DNA of 64,000 nucleotides from the NCBI GenBank assembly GCA_963836075.1, contig CAWIIB010000001.1, positions 1,792,001 through 1,856,000 of the forward strand, read 5' to 3'. This DNA comes from an uncultured Acidobacteriota bacterium. Lineage in GTDB: Bacteria > Acidobacteriota > JAQAZP01. Below the pieces are notes generated by a model that saw nothing but the letters and a program-made list of their open reading frames with translations, did not search any database and was not told where the DNA came from. Positions 13,382 to 22,875 of this stretch are shown in pieces; position 1 is the first letter of the stretch, and every line of letters starts with the position of its first letter. The position numbers and the translations under genes are program-made.

Positions 13382-14260
13382 TCAGTTCCGGTGAAGCTGC
13401 TCCAGCTTTTCCCGTTGCTCGGGCGTCAGCAACTCTTCGATCTGGCTCCGGGTCTGCTTCTGCTGCTGCTCGTCGATCTCGGTCATCAGCTCGCGGACCG
13501 CGGTGCGCTGCTCCGCGGTGAGGTTCAGCTGCCGCGCCAGCTGTGGGCCCAGGCCCGGATCATCACCGGCCGGCCCGCGGCCGTGGGGGCTCCGCCCCTG
13601 GCGGCCCTGGTTCATCCCCCGTCCCTGGTCAGGCGTGGTGCCCTGGCGCCGCAACTGCTGCTGGTCCATCTTCTGCTGCTGCTCGGGGGTCAGCACCTCC
13701 CGGATGCGGTCCCGGATTTCGGACCGCTGGGGCGGCGCGGACTCCTCGAGGATCAGGCGGATCTGCTCCTGCTGTTCGGGGGTCAGGTCGAGGTTTTCGG
13801 TCATCTGCTCCAGGCGGCGGGCAGCCATATCGCCCCGGTCACCGCCCTTCTGGCTCTGGCCGCCCTTGCGCCCCTTGCGCCCGGCCCGGTCCGGCCGCTC
13901 CATGTCGCCGGGGGCGCCCTCACGGGCCTTGATCTCCTCCAACCGGGCCAACTGCTCGGGGGTCAGGATGTCGGCCAGCGCGGCCTCCTTCCGCAAGCGG
14001 GTGGCCTCCCGTGCGGCGTCCATGATCTCACGCATGGCGTCACGCTGCTGGTCGGTGAGGTCGAGGGCCTCGGCCATGCGGTCCGGCCGGTGGTGCGGGC
14101 CTGCCATACCGCGGGGGCCGTGGGGGCCATCGGCCGTGCAGCTCGCCGGATCGCCGGTGCGCGGGCAGACCGGTTGTTCATCGCCGGCGGTCCAGGCCAT
14201 ACCGGTGAGCGCCACCAGCGTCACCAGCAGGATAAGTATCAGTGTTCCATTCAGTTTCAT
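13382..14260 (-). CDS. Spy/CpxP family periplasmic protein with six LTXXQ motifs
   Basis: Signal peptide MKLNGTLILILLVTLVALTGMAWTA after RBS GAGGAGGGG; LTDQQ, LTPEQ x4, LTAEQ; divergent from a CpxRA-like pair. Confidence 0.85.
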   Translation of the reverse strand: MKLNGTLILILLVTLVALTGMAWTAGDEQPVCPRTGDPASCTADGPHGPRGMAGPHHRPDRMAEALDLTDQQRDAMREIMDAAREATRLRKEAALADILTPEQLARLEEIKAREGAPGDMERPDRAGRKGRKGGQSQKGGDRGDMAARRLEQMTENLDLTPEQQEQIRLILEESAPPQRSEIRDRIREVLTPEQQQKMDQQQLRRQGTTPDQGRGMNQGRQGRSPHGRGPAGDDPGLGPQLARQLNLTAEQRTAVRELMTEIDEQQQKQTRSQIEELLTPEQREKLEQLHRN

Positions 14261-14356
14261 CTGCGATCCCCTCCTCTTGCTGAACATCATGTTTTGCAGG
14301 TCAGTTCCGGTTATGTTTTCTGCTTCACCCATTGGACAATCGGCGGTCCAAAAGTA

Positions 14357-14426
14357 TTAACTGCCGCTGATAAAGTACATCAAAAAAGCATTAAGAAATA
14401 TCAAGCGGCGGTAAAGTTCTATTAAC
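14357..14426. promoter_or_regulatory. Phased array of degenerate CpxR/OmpR-type half-sites
   Basis: ATAAA 14370, TCAAA 14380, TTAAG 14391, TCAAG 14401, GTAAA 14411, TTAAC 14422 at 10-11 bp spacing; resembles the CpxR box GTAAA-N5-GTAAA. Confidence 0.5.
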
Positions 14427-14523
14427 GCTTGAAAATAAAGAACTTTCATGCGATATACTGGGGAACATCATCCCGCCCGGTTTCGTTTCAGGGGGTGGGG
14501 CAGGCAAAGGGAAGGAGCGCGGA

Positions 14524-15234
14524 ATGTCCAGGATCTTGATCATCGATGACGACATCGAACTGTGCGGCCTGGTGAGCGAATACCTGGAGCGGGAGGGTTT
14601 TTCCGTGGAAGCGGTCCAGGACGGCGTCAGCGGTGTCCAGCGGGCCGTCTCCGGCGAGTTTGCCCTGGCCGTGCTCGACGTGATGATGCCCGGGCTGAAC
14701 GGGTTCGAAACCCTGAAGCAGATCCGGGCCCGGACATCATTGCCGGTTATCATGCTCACCGCCCGGGGGGAGGAGATCGACCGGATCGTGGGACTGGAGA
14801 TCGGCGCCGACGACTACATGCCCAAACCGTTCAACCCCCGGGAGCTCGCCGCCCGGCTGCGGGCCGTGCTGCGCCGGACCGGGGACGTGGTCACCGAAGG
14901 CGCGGGCCAGGCCCAGACCCTCCGCGTGGGAGACATCGAACTGGATCCGGGCGCCCGGGCCGTGCGGCGCTCGGGCAGCGAGATCACCCTCACCGGCGTG
15001 GAGTTCAGCCTGCTGGAGATGCTGCTGCGGAACCACGGGCAGGTGGCCGGCCGGGACGAGCTGTCCCGTGAGGTGCTGAAGAAGCGGCCCAGTCCCTTTG
15101 ACCGCAGCCTCGACGTCCACGTGAGCAACCTGCGAAAGAAGCTGGGTCCGATGCCCGACGGGAGCGAGCGGATCAAAACCGTGCGCGGCCAGGGATACCT
15201 TTACGTCAACCCGACCGTGGCCAACGGACAGTGA
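14524..15234 (+). CDS. cpxR: OmpR-family response regulator, CpxR-like
   Basis: ILIIDDD, LDVMMP, MLTARG, GADDYMPKPF, PFDRSLDVHVSNLRKKL, IKTVRGQGY. Confidence 0.9.
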   Translation: MSRILIIDDDIELCGLVSEYLEREGFSVEAVQDGVSGVQRAVSGEFALAVLDVMMPGLNGFETLKQIRARTSLPVIMLTARGEEIDRIVGLEIGADDYMPKPFNPRELAARLRAVLRRTGDVVTEGAGQAQTLRVGDIELDPGARAVRRSGSEITLTGVEFSLLEMLLRNHGQVAGRDELSREVLKKRPSPFDRSLDVHVSNLRKKLGPMPDGSERIKTVRGQGYLYVNPTVANGQ

Positions 15235-15264
15235 CACCCGCCGCTGGCGGGTGGGGATCTGCGG

Positions 15265-16653
15265 ATGCGAACACTCTTTTTACGGATCTTTGTCTGGTTC
15301 TGGGTGGCCAGCGCCGTACTGGTGGCCCTCACCGTCACCACCTCGCCCTACTGGACCCGCCCGCGGGCCGACGCCCCGCGCCAGCGGTCGCTGGAGGAGA
15401 GCATGCTGCTCCACAGCGAAGCGGTGGAGGCGATCCTGCGCCGCGACGGGCTGCAGGGGCTGGGCAAACGCCTGGACAACCTGGGCCGCCGCAACCGGCT
15501 GCGCATCCTGCTCTTTGACCAGCAGGGGCGGGAGATCAACGGCCGGCGCCATCCCCCGGGGCTGGACCCGCTGATCCGGCAGACACTGGAGGGACGGGAA
15601 CCGGGTATCCTGCGTGAACGGGAAGCCATGATCCACGCCCGGCTGGTGACCGACAACGAGGGGAACCGCTACGCCGCCCTGGTGATGTTCCGCCGGCCCG
15701 ACTTCGGCCACACCCCGCTGGAGCCGGGCACGCTGATCCCGCGCCTGCTGCTGATGCTGGTGGTGGTGGGCGGAGTCTGCTACCTGCTGGCCCGCCAGCT
15801 CACCTCACCGGTGAGCCGGCTGCGCACCGCCGCCCGGAAACTGACCCGGGGCGACCTCACGGCACGGGTGGGCGGAACGGTGAGCCGGCGACGCGACGAG
15901 CTCGGCGACCTGGCCCGCGACTTCGATTCCATGGCCGAACGGATCGAGGCGCTGATCGGCTCCCAGCAGCGGCTGCTGCGGGATATCTCCCACGAACTCC
16001 GCACGCCGCTGACCCGTCTGGGGGTGGCGCTGGAGCTGGCCCGCCAGGGCTCCGACGGGGAGGCCGGCACCCAGCTGGACCGCATCGAGCGGGAGAGCGA
16101 GCGGCTGAACCAGCTGATCAGCCAGCTGCTCACGGTGAGCCGTCTGGAAACCTGGTCTGAAACCCTCGAGCGCCGGGAGCTGGACATGAACGCGTTGCTG
16201 CAGGGTATCGTCGCCGACGCCTCCTTCGAGGCCGAGGCCCGGGGGTGCCGGGTGCTGCTGGAGGCCGAAGGCGGCTGCCTGATTGCAGGTGACGCCGACA
16301 TGCTGCGCAGCGCGGTGGAAAACGTGGTGCGTAATGCACTGCTCCACTCGGCGGACGGGAGCACGGTGGAAGTGGCCATGGAGAGAACATCGGGGGATGA
16401 CCCCGGGCTGCGGGTCACTGTTCGCGACCACGGCCCGGGCGTGGAGGAGGAGCAACTGGAGAGCCTGTTCCGCCCCTTCTTCCGCACCACCGAAGCCCGT
16501 GACCGGCTCAGCGGGGGCAGCGGCCTCGGCCTGGCCATCAGTTCCAGCGCCATCAGGGCCCACGGGGGCGATATCCGTGCCGAAAACGCCCCGGGCGGCG
16601 GCCTGCTGGTGAAGATCCACCTGCCGCTGCAGAAGACCATTCAATCCGAATAA
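15265..16653 (+). CDS. cpxA: HAMP sensor histidine kinase, CpxA-like
   Basis: Two TM segments, HAMP (DELGDLARDFDSM), QQRLLRDISHELRTPLTRL, ENVVRNA, DHGPG, GSGLGLAI. Confidence 0.9.
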   Translation: MRTLFLRIFVWFWVASAVLVALTVTTSPYWTRPRADAPRQRSLEESMLLHSEAVEAILRRDGLQGLGKRLDNLGRRNRLRILLFDQQGREINGRRHPPGLDPLIRQTLEGREPGILREREAMIHARLVTDNEGNRYAALVMFRRPDFGHTPLEPGTLIPRLLLMLVVVGGVCYLLARQLTSPVSRLRTAARKLTRGDLTARVGGTVSRRRDELGDLARDFDSMAERIEALIGSQQRLLRDISHELRTPLTRLGVALELARQGSDGEAGTQLDRIERESERLNQLISQLLTVSRLETWSETLERRELDMNALLQGIVADASFEAEARGCRVLLEAEGGCLIAGDADMLRSAVENVVRNALLHSADGSTVEVAMERTSGDDPGLRVTVRDHGPGVEEEQLESLFRPFFRTTEARDRLSGGSGLGLAISSSAIRAHGGDIRAENAPGGGLLVKIHLPLQKTIQSE

Positions 16654-16654
16654 T

Positions 16655-17218
16655 TCAGAGAAGGTCGCCGATGCGGCGCTCCAGCTCCGTGCGGTAGGTG
16701 CGGCTCAGCTTGAGCGTCTGGCCGTTCTCCAGCACCACCTCGTATTCCCCCCGGCAGGCCGGCTTCATCTCCACGATCCGGTCGAGGTTGACGATGGTGG
16801 AGCGGTGGATCCGGACAAAACGGGTCGGGTCCAGCTGTCCTTCCACTCCGGTCATGGTCTCGCGCATCAGGTGGGTCGCTTCACCGACGTGAAGACAGAC
16901 GTAGTTGCCCTCGGCCCCGATCCAGTCGATGCTTTCCACCACCACCAGCAGGATCCGGCCGGGGGACCGGACCAGCAACCGCGTCTGGACCTGCCCGGAA
17001 GGGGTACGGTCGGCCAGGGCGGAACGCAGGAACTCAGGGTCGATGCTCCCGCCGGCCTCGCCCCTGGAGCGGGCCTCGGTGAGCGCGCCGATCAACTGGT
17101 CCCGCTGGTCGGGGCCGGCGAGGGAATCGAACAGGCGGGTGTCGAGAGCAAATACCTCGTATCCGCCATCGGTGCTGATGTAAATGACCGGGGGTTGACT
17201 GTCAGGGCTGGTGGTCAT
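16655..17218 (-). CDS. LytTR DNA-binding domain protein lacking a full receiver domain
   Basis: IDWIGAEGNYVCLH, LDPTRFVRIHRSTIVNLDRI, LKLSRTYR; ATG 17218 preceded by GGAGG. Confidence 0.85.
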   Translation of the reverse strand: MTTSPDSQPPVIYISTDGGYEVFALDTRLFDSLAGPDQRDQLIGALTEARSRGEAGGSIDPEFLRSALADRTPSGQVQTRLLVRSPGRILLVVVESIDWIGAEGNYVCLHVGEATHLMRETMTGVEGQLDPTRFVRIHRSTIVNLDRIVEMKPACRGEYEVVLENGQTLKLSRTYRTELERRIGDLL

Positions 17219-17608
17219 GGGGACGGCAGACCTCCGGGCTTCGTATGAACAGCACAGGTGCGCCAACCGGACAGATACAGCGCGGCACTCTTGTTCCACA
17301 CCCCCAACCGCCCCGCGGATGGTTCCTGTCTGAAAGATACCACAGGAACATACGGCCCGCCGGCGCATCCACCATTGTTAACGCAAAACGTCAACTAAAG
17401 TTCCTTTCCCGGGTCCCGGAAATATTTTTGAACAAAAACGTCTGCGTGATGAAATATTTTGGCGTGTCAAACGTTATACAAGTGTAAAATTGATGGAAAC
17501 ACTCTCGGAACAACTAACGTAAAAAAGGGTGCGGGTGGTCAGTCCTGACACTCCGAGTTGGATTTCGGAAGACCCGCTCGAAATACCCCGATCAGATGGA
17601 GCAGACAC

Positions 17609-18382
17609 GTGCAATCGCCGGCACATGAAATCAACAACCCAGCCCCGCTGCCGATGATGCAGGTTCGTCGACTGGTCAAGACCTACGACAACCGTCCGGC
17701 CGTGGACCACCTCGACCTGGCGCTCCAGCCCGGCGAGGTGCTGGGACTGGTGGGCCCGGAGGGTGCGGGCAAGAGCACCACGCTGAGCTGCCTGGCCGGG
17801 GTGACCCCGGCCACCGCCGGCAGCATCTCGGTGGGCGGTTTCGACCTCGCCCTCTACCCGGCGGAGGCGCGCCGGCAACTGATCTTTGTCCCCGAGGAAC
17901 CGCGGCTCTTCGAGCACCTGACCGTCTGGGACCACATGATCATCCTGGCGCGATCCAGAACGGACACCCAGTGGCTGGACCGGGCCCGGGCGCTGCTGGA
18001 GGAATTCGACCTGGGGGAACGGCTGGACGCCCTGCCCCACCACCTGGACCGTCAGCAGAAGCAGGTGCTGATGCTCGCCGCCGCCCTGCTCCACCGGCCC
18101 CGGGTGCTGATCCTCGACGAGCCGTTCAGCGGTCTCGAGCCGGAGGCGGGCCAGCGGACCAGGAAGACCATCCTGCGCATCGCCGGCGAAGGCACCGCGG
18201 TGATCTTCTCCTCCAGAGAGCTGTGCCCCCTGGAAGGGTTCTGCCAGCGGGTGGTGATCATCCACGATGGCAAAACGGTCTTTGACGGCACGCTGGACGA
18301 GATCCGCCGCGCCGCGCCGCAGTTGCGCACCCTCACCGGCCTGGACGCCATTTTCACCCACCCCCCCTCCGGCCACGCCTGA
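17609..18382 (+). CDS. ABC transporter ATP-binding protein with degenerate motifs
   Basis: GTG 17609 after GGAG; Walker A GPEGAGKST; Walker B ILDEP; signature region LDRQQKQ; H-loop region SSREL; no adjacent permease. Confidence 0.8.
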   Translation: MQSPAHEINNPAPLPMMQVRRLVKTYDNRPAVDHLDLALQPGEVLGLVGPEGAGKSTTLSCLAGVTPATAGSISVGGFDLALYPAEARRQLIFVPEEPRLFEHLTVWDHMIILARSRTDTQWLDRARALLEEFDLGERLDALPHHLDRQQKQVLMLAAALLHRPRVLILDEPFSGLEPEAGQRTRKTILRIAGEGTAVIFSSRELCPLEGFCQRVVIIHDGKTVFDGTLDEIRRAAPQLRTLTGLDAIFTHPPSGHA

Positions 18383-18454
18383 TTTCTTCGTGGAAAGTGC
18401 CCGAGATCGCTGCATATCCGACGTCGCAGTAGAATCCCCGTGAAACCAGCGGGC

Positions 18455-18494
18455 AAAAAAAGGGGGAAGCCGCCGCCATCAAGCGACTTCCCCT
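18455..18494 (-). terminator. Rho-independent terminator of the TonB receptor gene
   Basis: A7 followed by GGGGAAGCCGC...GCGACTTCCCC, giving a hairpin plus U-tract on the minus strand, 26 nt past the stop. Confidence 0.75.
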
Positions 18495-18520
18495 GGAGTA
18501 TGGCGCTTACCCTCTGGAGG

Positions 18521-21194
18521 TCAGAAGGAGTATTTCAGGCCGACAACAAAGTTGCCTGCCGCTTGCCAAGCGTTTGGTGTGCCGAACGCGTCGTTGTCAT
18601 CTTCCCGGCGGGAGCCGATGAACTGATTGTTGGTCACGTTGAAGGCGTCAAGGATCACGCTCAGTTCCGTGTCGCCGATGTTGAAGTCCTTGGCCAGCCG
18701 CAGGTCGATCCACCAGAGGTGGCCCAGACGATAGGAACCGCGCGGATCCACATAGTAATCCCAGCCGTCAAAAGCGTTGGTGTTGGTGCCCGGCAGCAGG
18801 TAGTCGCCCACCTGGCCGATGCGCGAGTAAGGCCGGCCGCTGCGCCAGCCGACGCCGGCCCCGGCGATGATGCCCCAGGGCAGGTGGTAGGAGCCGTTGA
18901 GCTTGATGTAGTGCCGGTCGTCCCACGGCGCATAACCGTAACGGTTGTACCCTGCCTCGGTCATGTCGAAGGCCTCGGTTGTTCCTTCCGACTGGTTGCC
19001 GTTGGCGATGGAGCCCGTGGCCTCGGAAAGGGTGTAGACCAGCAGGAACTGGTAGTTGTTGGAGAGCCGCTTCTTCAGCTGCAGCTCGAGGCCCTTGTAG
19101 TATCTCCTCGCTCTTTCCACGTTGGTCACGTAGTACCAGACGTCGTTGGTCTCACCGGCGCGGACCTCGTCCTCGTTGCCGATGACGTCCTCGATCATGT
19201 TTTTCTGCCAGTTGTAGATGAACTTGGCCCCGGCCGAGAAATCGTTGGCGAACTCGAACTCGTAGCCGACGATGATCTCGTCCTTGAGGTTCGGGTCAAG
19301 ATTGGGATCGGCGACGTTGGTGTTCTCGTCGCCGCCGGTGATCGAGACCACCTCCCAGTTGTCGGGGTTGGTGGGGTCGTTGGGATCGTAGGTGCCGTCG
19401 TAGCGGGTGGTGACGTTGGTTCCCCGGTTGATGAACTGGCCGAGGTAGGTGCCCACCGCGTCGTAGTAACGGCCGTAGTTGGCGTATACCTTTGACCGGC
19501 CATCACCGTTGATGTCCCAGGCGACGCCCAAACGCGGGGCGATCAGGTTATTGAAGTTATATACCTGTTCGCCCACATCGTTGTCCTGGGTCTGCTTCTC
19601 GTAACGGACGCCAAGGTTGAACGACCAGTTGTCCTGCCAGGTCCAGCTGTCCTGGGCAAAGAGGGTCAGGATGTCTCCGGAATTGGTGGTGGAGAGATTG
19701 GTCTGGTTCAGCCACTGGTCGGGGAGCGGCTCCCCGGTCTGGTTGTTGATCCGGTTGATGGTGAAGGTGTTGGGGTAGATCGCCGTCCTCGGCGAACTCG
19801 AAGTTCTGGTATTCGGCCCCGAACTTGAAGTTGTGCTCTCCGGCCCAGTCGCCGCGGTAGTAGTTGAGCACCGCGGAGTACTGCTGGCGGGGACGGTTGA
19901 TGTCGGTGGTGGAATCGGTGTTGCCGTAATAAATCCGGCCCCCACCGTTCTGGTCGTCGATAATCCGGTCGTCCATCGGCGAGGCGTTGGCCGGACCGAT
20001 GGTCAGGTTCACCTCGTGGGACGCCACCCGGGTCTCGAGGAACAGGTTGGGGGTGAAGATGCTGGTCCACTGCAGTTTGTAGAGAAAGCCGCCCTGCTCC
20101 TGGATGTCGTAAGCGCTGGCCATGATGTCCGGGTCGAGGGAGTCGCGGCCGTCGATAGAAGCCGGATCGACTGAAGCCTGGCCGATGATCTTGTTGTCCG
20201 GATTGATCTGCCAGGTCAGCTTGCCCATGATCTCCTCGAAGATCTCGCTCCGCTTGACCACCTCGTCGAAATCGTTGATTCCATCGATGCGGCGGGTGAG
20301 GTTGTTGTACGAGGCGAAGAACCAGAGTTTGTCACGCAGGATCGGACCGCCGATGGACAGGCTGGGCTCGACCTGGTATTGGTCCTCCTGCTCCACCGCA
20401 ACGCGATCCGACGCCTGGTGCATGGTCATGTCGAGATTGGTGTAGTAGATGGGGACGGCGCCGTGAAACTCGTTGCCGCCCGACTTGGTCACCACGTTGG
20501 CGATGGCGCCGGTGGCCCGGCCATACTCGGCTTCGAACCCGCCGGTCTTCATTTCCACTTCCTGGATCGCCTCGTAGCTGAAGTTGAGGCCGAAGGTCCC
20601 GGTGGCATTGTCGGTGGTGTCCACGCCGTCCACCAGGTAGATGTTGTCCGAGTCGTCGGCGCCGTGGGCGTTGACATTGCCCGCACCGGCCACGCCGGCG
20701 GCCATCTGCATTGCGTCGAAGTACGTCCGCCCGGTGGGGATGTCCTCCATGAACTCGTAGGTGATGGTTTCGCTGATCCCCGACTTCCTGGCGTCGAGCA
20801 ACGGGGCTTCGGCGGTCACCGTTATCTCACCCAGGTCGCCGCTGCCCTCGGTGAGGGTGAAGTCGACACGGGTGTTGGCGCCGATGTTGACCTTGATGTC
20901 GGTCTGGATCACCGCCTGGAAGCCGTCGAGCGCAGCAGAGACCTGGTATCCGGGACCAACCGGCACCAGGGGGATACGCCAGCGGCCCTCGCCGTCGGTG
21001 ATCGCCATGCGGTCACCCTGGAGGACCGGGCCGGTTACGATTACGGTCACCCCGGGAAGGGGGACGCCGCCAGCATCGATCACCTGCCCGGACATGGTGC
21101 CGTCCTGGGTGTCGGCCAGCGCACCGGGCGCGGCCAGACTGGTGATGAACACTGCAGCAATGAGGAATCGAAGGATTTTTCTACACATTGTCAC
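18521..21194 (-). CDS. TonB-dependent receptor with N-terminal carboxypeptidase-regulatory-like domain (Oar-like); frameshift near 19784
   Basis: Signal peptide; GQVIDAGGVPLPGVTV; YLVDGVD; TGGFEAEYGRATGAIANVVTKSGGNEFHG; FAQDSW; APRLGVAWD; C-terminal LKYSF. Removing one G in GAGGACGGCGATC joins the two ORFs. Confidence 0.9.
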
Positions 21195-21589
21195 CGACCT
21201 CCCAATGAAACCAAAACATGTTTGGTGAATTCTTTAAAGCTTCAGGGGCCACCTTTCTCGATGCACTGTCGTGCGGACCGAATCACCTCCTTTGCAAAGG
21301 CTCCCGGCACGTCCTACCCCCTCCTCTTCCGTTTTCACCAAACCTTCTGATCAATGACACGTGTTTGTTATTGGTATCGTGTTCTTCATTTTTCACGGCG
21401 GACCGCCGGGCTGAACGGCCCGCCGTTTTTGTGGCTATCCGGTTTGTTCTTTGCCCTTCCGATTACCAAACTTCTTCTTACTGTTTCCTATAACGTGATA
21501 GAAGCTGCGGCGATCGATCTATGTGACGACTCGGATCAAACCGGTGACGAAAGGGAAATCTGGCGGGACGGAAAGCGCGGGGCAGCGCA

Positions 21590-21619
21590 TTGACAAAGGT
21601 CTGCAACTTTACCTACTCT
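21590..21619 (+). promoter_or_regulatory. Sigma-70-like promoter, probably giving a leaderless mRNA
   Basis: TTGACA-N18-TACTCT, then 7 nt to ATG 21627 with no SD sequence. Confidence 0.55.
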
Positions 21620-21626
21620 CTTGGGC

Positions 21627-22862
21627 ATGGATTTCTTCACCGTCATCGCCGTGCTGATCACCCTGACCACCGTGATCAGCTTCACCAACGAGCGCTACTT
21701 CGGTCTGCCCACCCACATCGGGGTGACCATCGGCGGGCTGTTCACCTCGCTGGTGCTCATCGGTCTGGGCAGCGCCGGCTTCATCGACATGGACTGGCTG
21801 CGTTCGCTGATCGAGCCGGTGGATTTCAACAAGCTGCTGATGCACGGCATCCTCGGCGCGATGCTCTTTGCCGGGGCGCTGGAGATCAACCTCTCCGATC
21901 TCGCCGAACGGAAATGGGCCATCTCGCTGCTGGCCACTGTTGGAATTCTGATCTCCACGGTGGTGGTGGGCACGCTCACCTGGTATGCCATGCCCCTGCT
22001 GGGTCTGCAACTGCCCTACATCTACGCCCTGCTCTTCGGCGCGCTGATCTCACCCACCGACCCCATCGCCGTACTGGCCCTGCTCAAACGGGTGGGGGTG
22101 CCGAAAAACCTGGAGGTGATGATCTCCGGGGAGGCGCTGTTCAACGACGGGGTGGGGGTGGTGGTCTTCACCCTGATCTTCGGGGTGATCCAGAGCGGGC
22201 AGGAGTTCACCCTCGGGCACAGCGGGCTGCTTTTTCTCGAGGAGGCGGTGGGTGGTGCGGTCTACGGTTTCATTCTCGGCTACTTCGCCTACCTGATGCT
22301 GCGCGAGGTGGACGCCTACACGGTGGAGATCCTGGTCACCCTCTCCGTGGTCACCGGCGGCTACGCCCTGGCGGAAACGATCCATGTCTCCGGTCCCATC
22401 GCCATGGTGGTGGCCGGGCTTTTCATCGGCAACCACGGCCGGCTGCTGGCCATGTCGGAGAAGACCCGCGAACACCTGGACAATTTCTGGGTGGTGGTGG
22501 ACGAAATTCTGAACGCCCTGCTCTTCCTGCTCATCGGCCTGGAAGTGTTGATTCTCCGCTTCTCCGGCACGATCTTCCTCGCCGGTCTGGCGGCCATCGT
22601 CATCGTGCTCTTCGGCCGCTTTGTCGCGGTGAGCGGCCCGATCATCCTGCTGCGCAAGAAACGCGGCTTTCCGCCGTCCACCATCCGCATCCTCACCTGG
22701 GCCGGGATCAGGGGCGGCATCGCCATTGCCCTGGCCCTTTCCATCCCCCCCTCCCCCCACCGCAACCTGATCGTGGACATCACCTACGTGGTGGTGGTCT
22801 TCTCCCTCCTGGTCCAGGGCCTGACTGTGGAAAAGCTGGTCCGCCGCACCCTCAGGCAATAA
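21627..22862 (+). CDS. CPA1/NhaP-type Na+/H+ antiporter
   Basis: LFAGAL, FGALISPTDPIAV, GEALFNDGVGVV, HVSGPIAMVVAGL, WAGIRGGIAIALAL. Confidence 0.93.
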   Translation: MDFFTVIAVLITLTTVISFTNERYFGLPTHIGVTIGGLFTSLVLIGLGSAGFIDMDWLRSLIEPVDFNKLLMHGILGAMLFAGALEINLSDLAERKWAISLLATVGILISTVVVGTLTWYAMPLLGLQLPYIYALLFGALISPTDPIAVLALLKRVGVPKNLEVMISGEALFNDGVGVVVFTLIFGVIQSGQEFTLGHSGLLFLEEAVGGAVYGFILGYFAYLMLREVDAYTVEILVTLSVVTGGYALAETIHVSGPIAMVVAGLFIGNHGRLLAMSEKTREHLDNFWVVVDEILNALLFLLIGLEVLILRFSGTIFLAGLAAIVIVLFGRFVAVSGPIILLRKKRGFPPSTIRILTWAGIRGGIAIALALSIPPSPHRNLIVDITYVVVVFSLLVQGLTVEKLVRRTLRQ

Positions 22863-22875
22863 CTGTTTCGTTTAA

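Noticed and set aside
17527-17610. TPP riboswitch
   Set aside because: Only the P2/J3-2-like half is present; the CCTGAT and GCGNAGG elements are missing and the downstream gene is not thiamine-related.
21200-21590. Cobalamin riboswitch upstream of the TonB receptor
   Set aside because: No B12-box or AGGGAA-GGTG-AA-TCC consensus was found on the coding strand.
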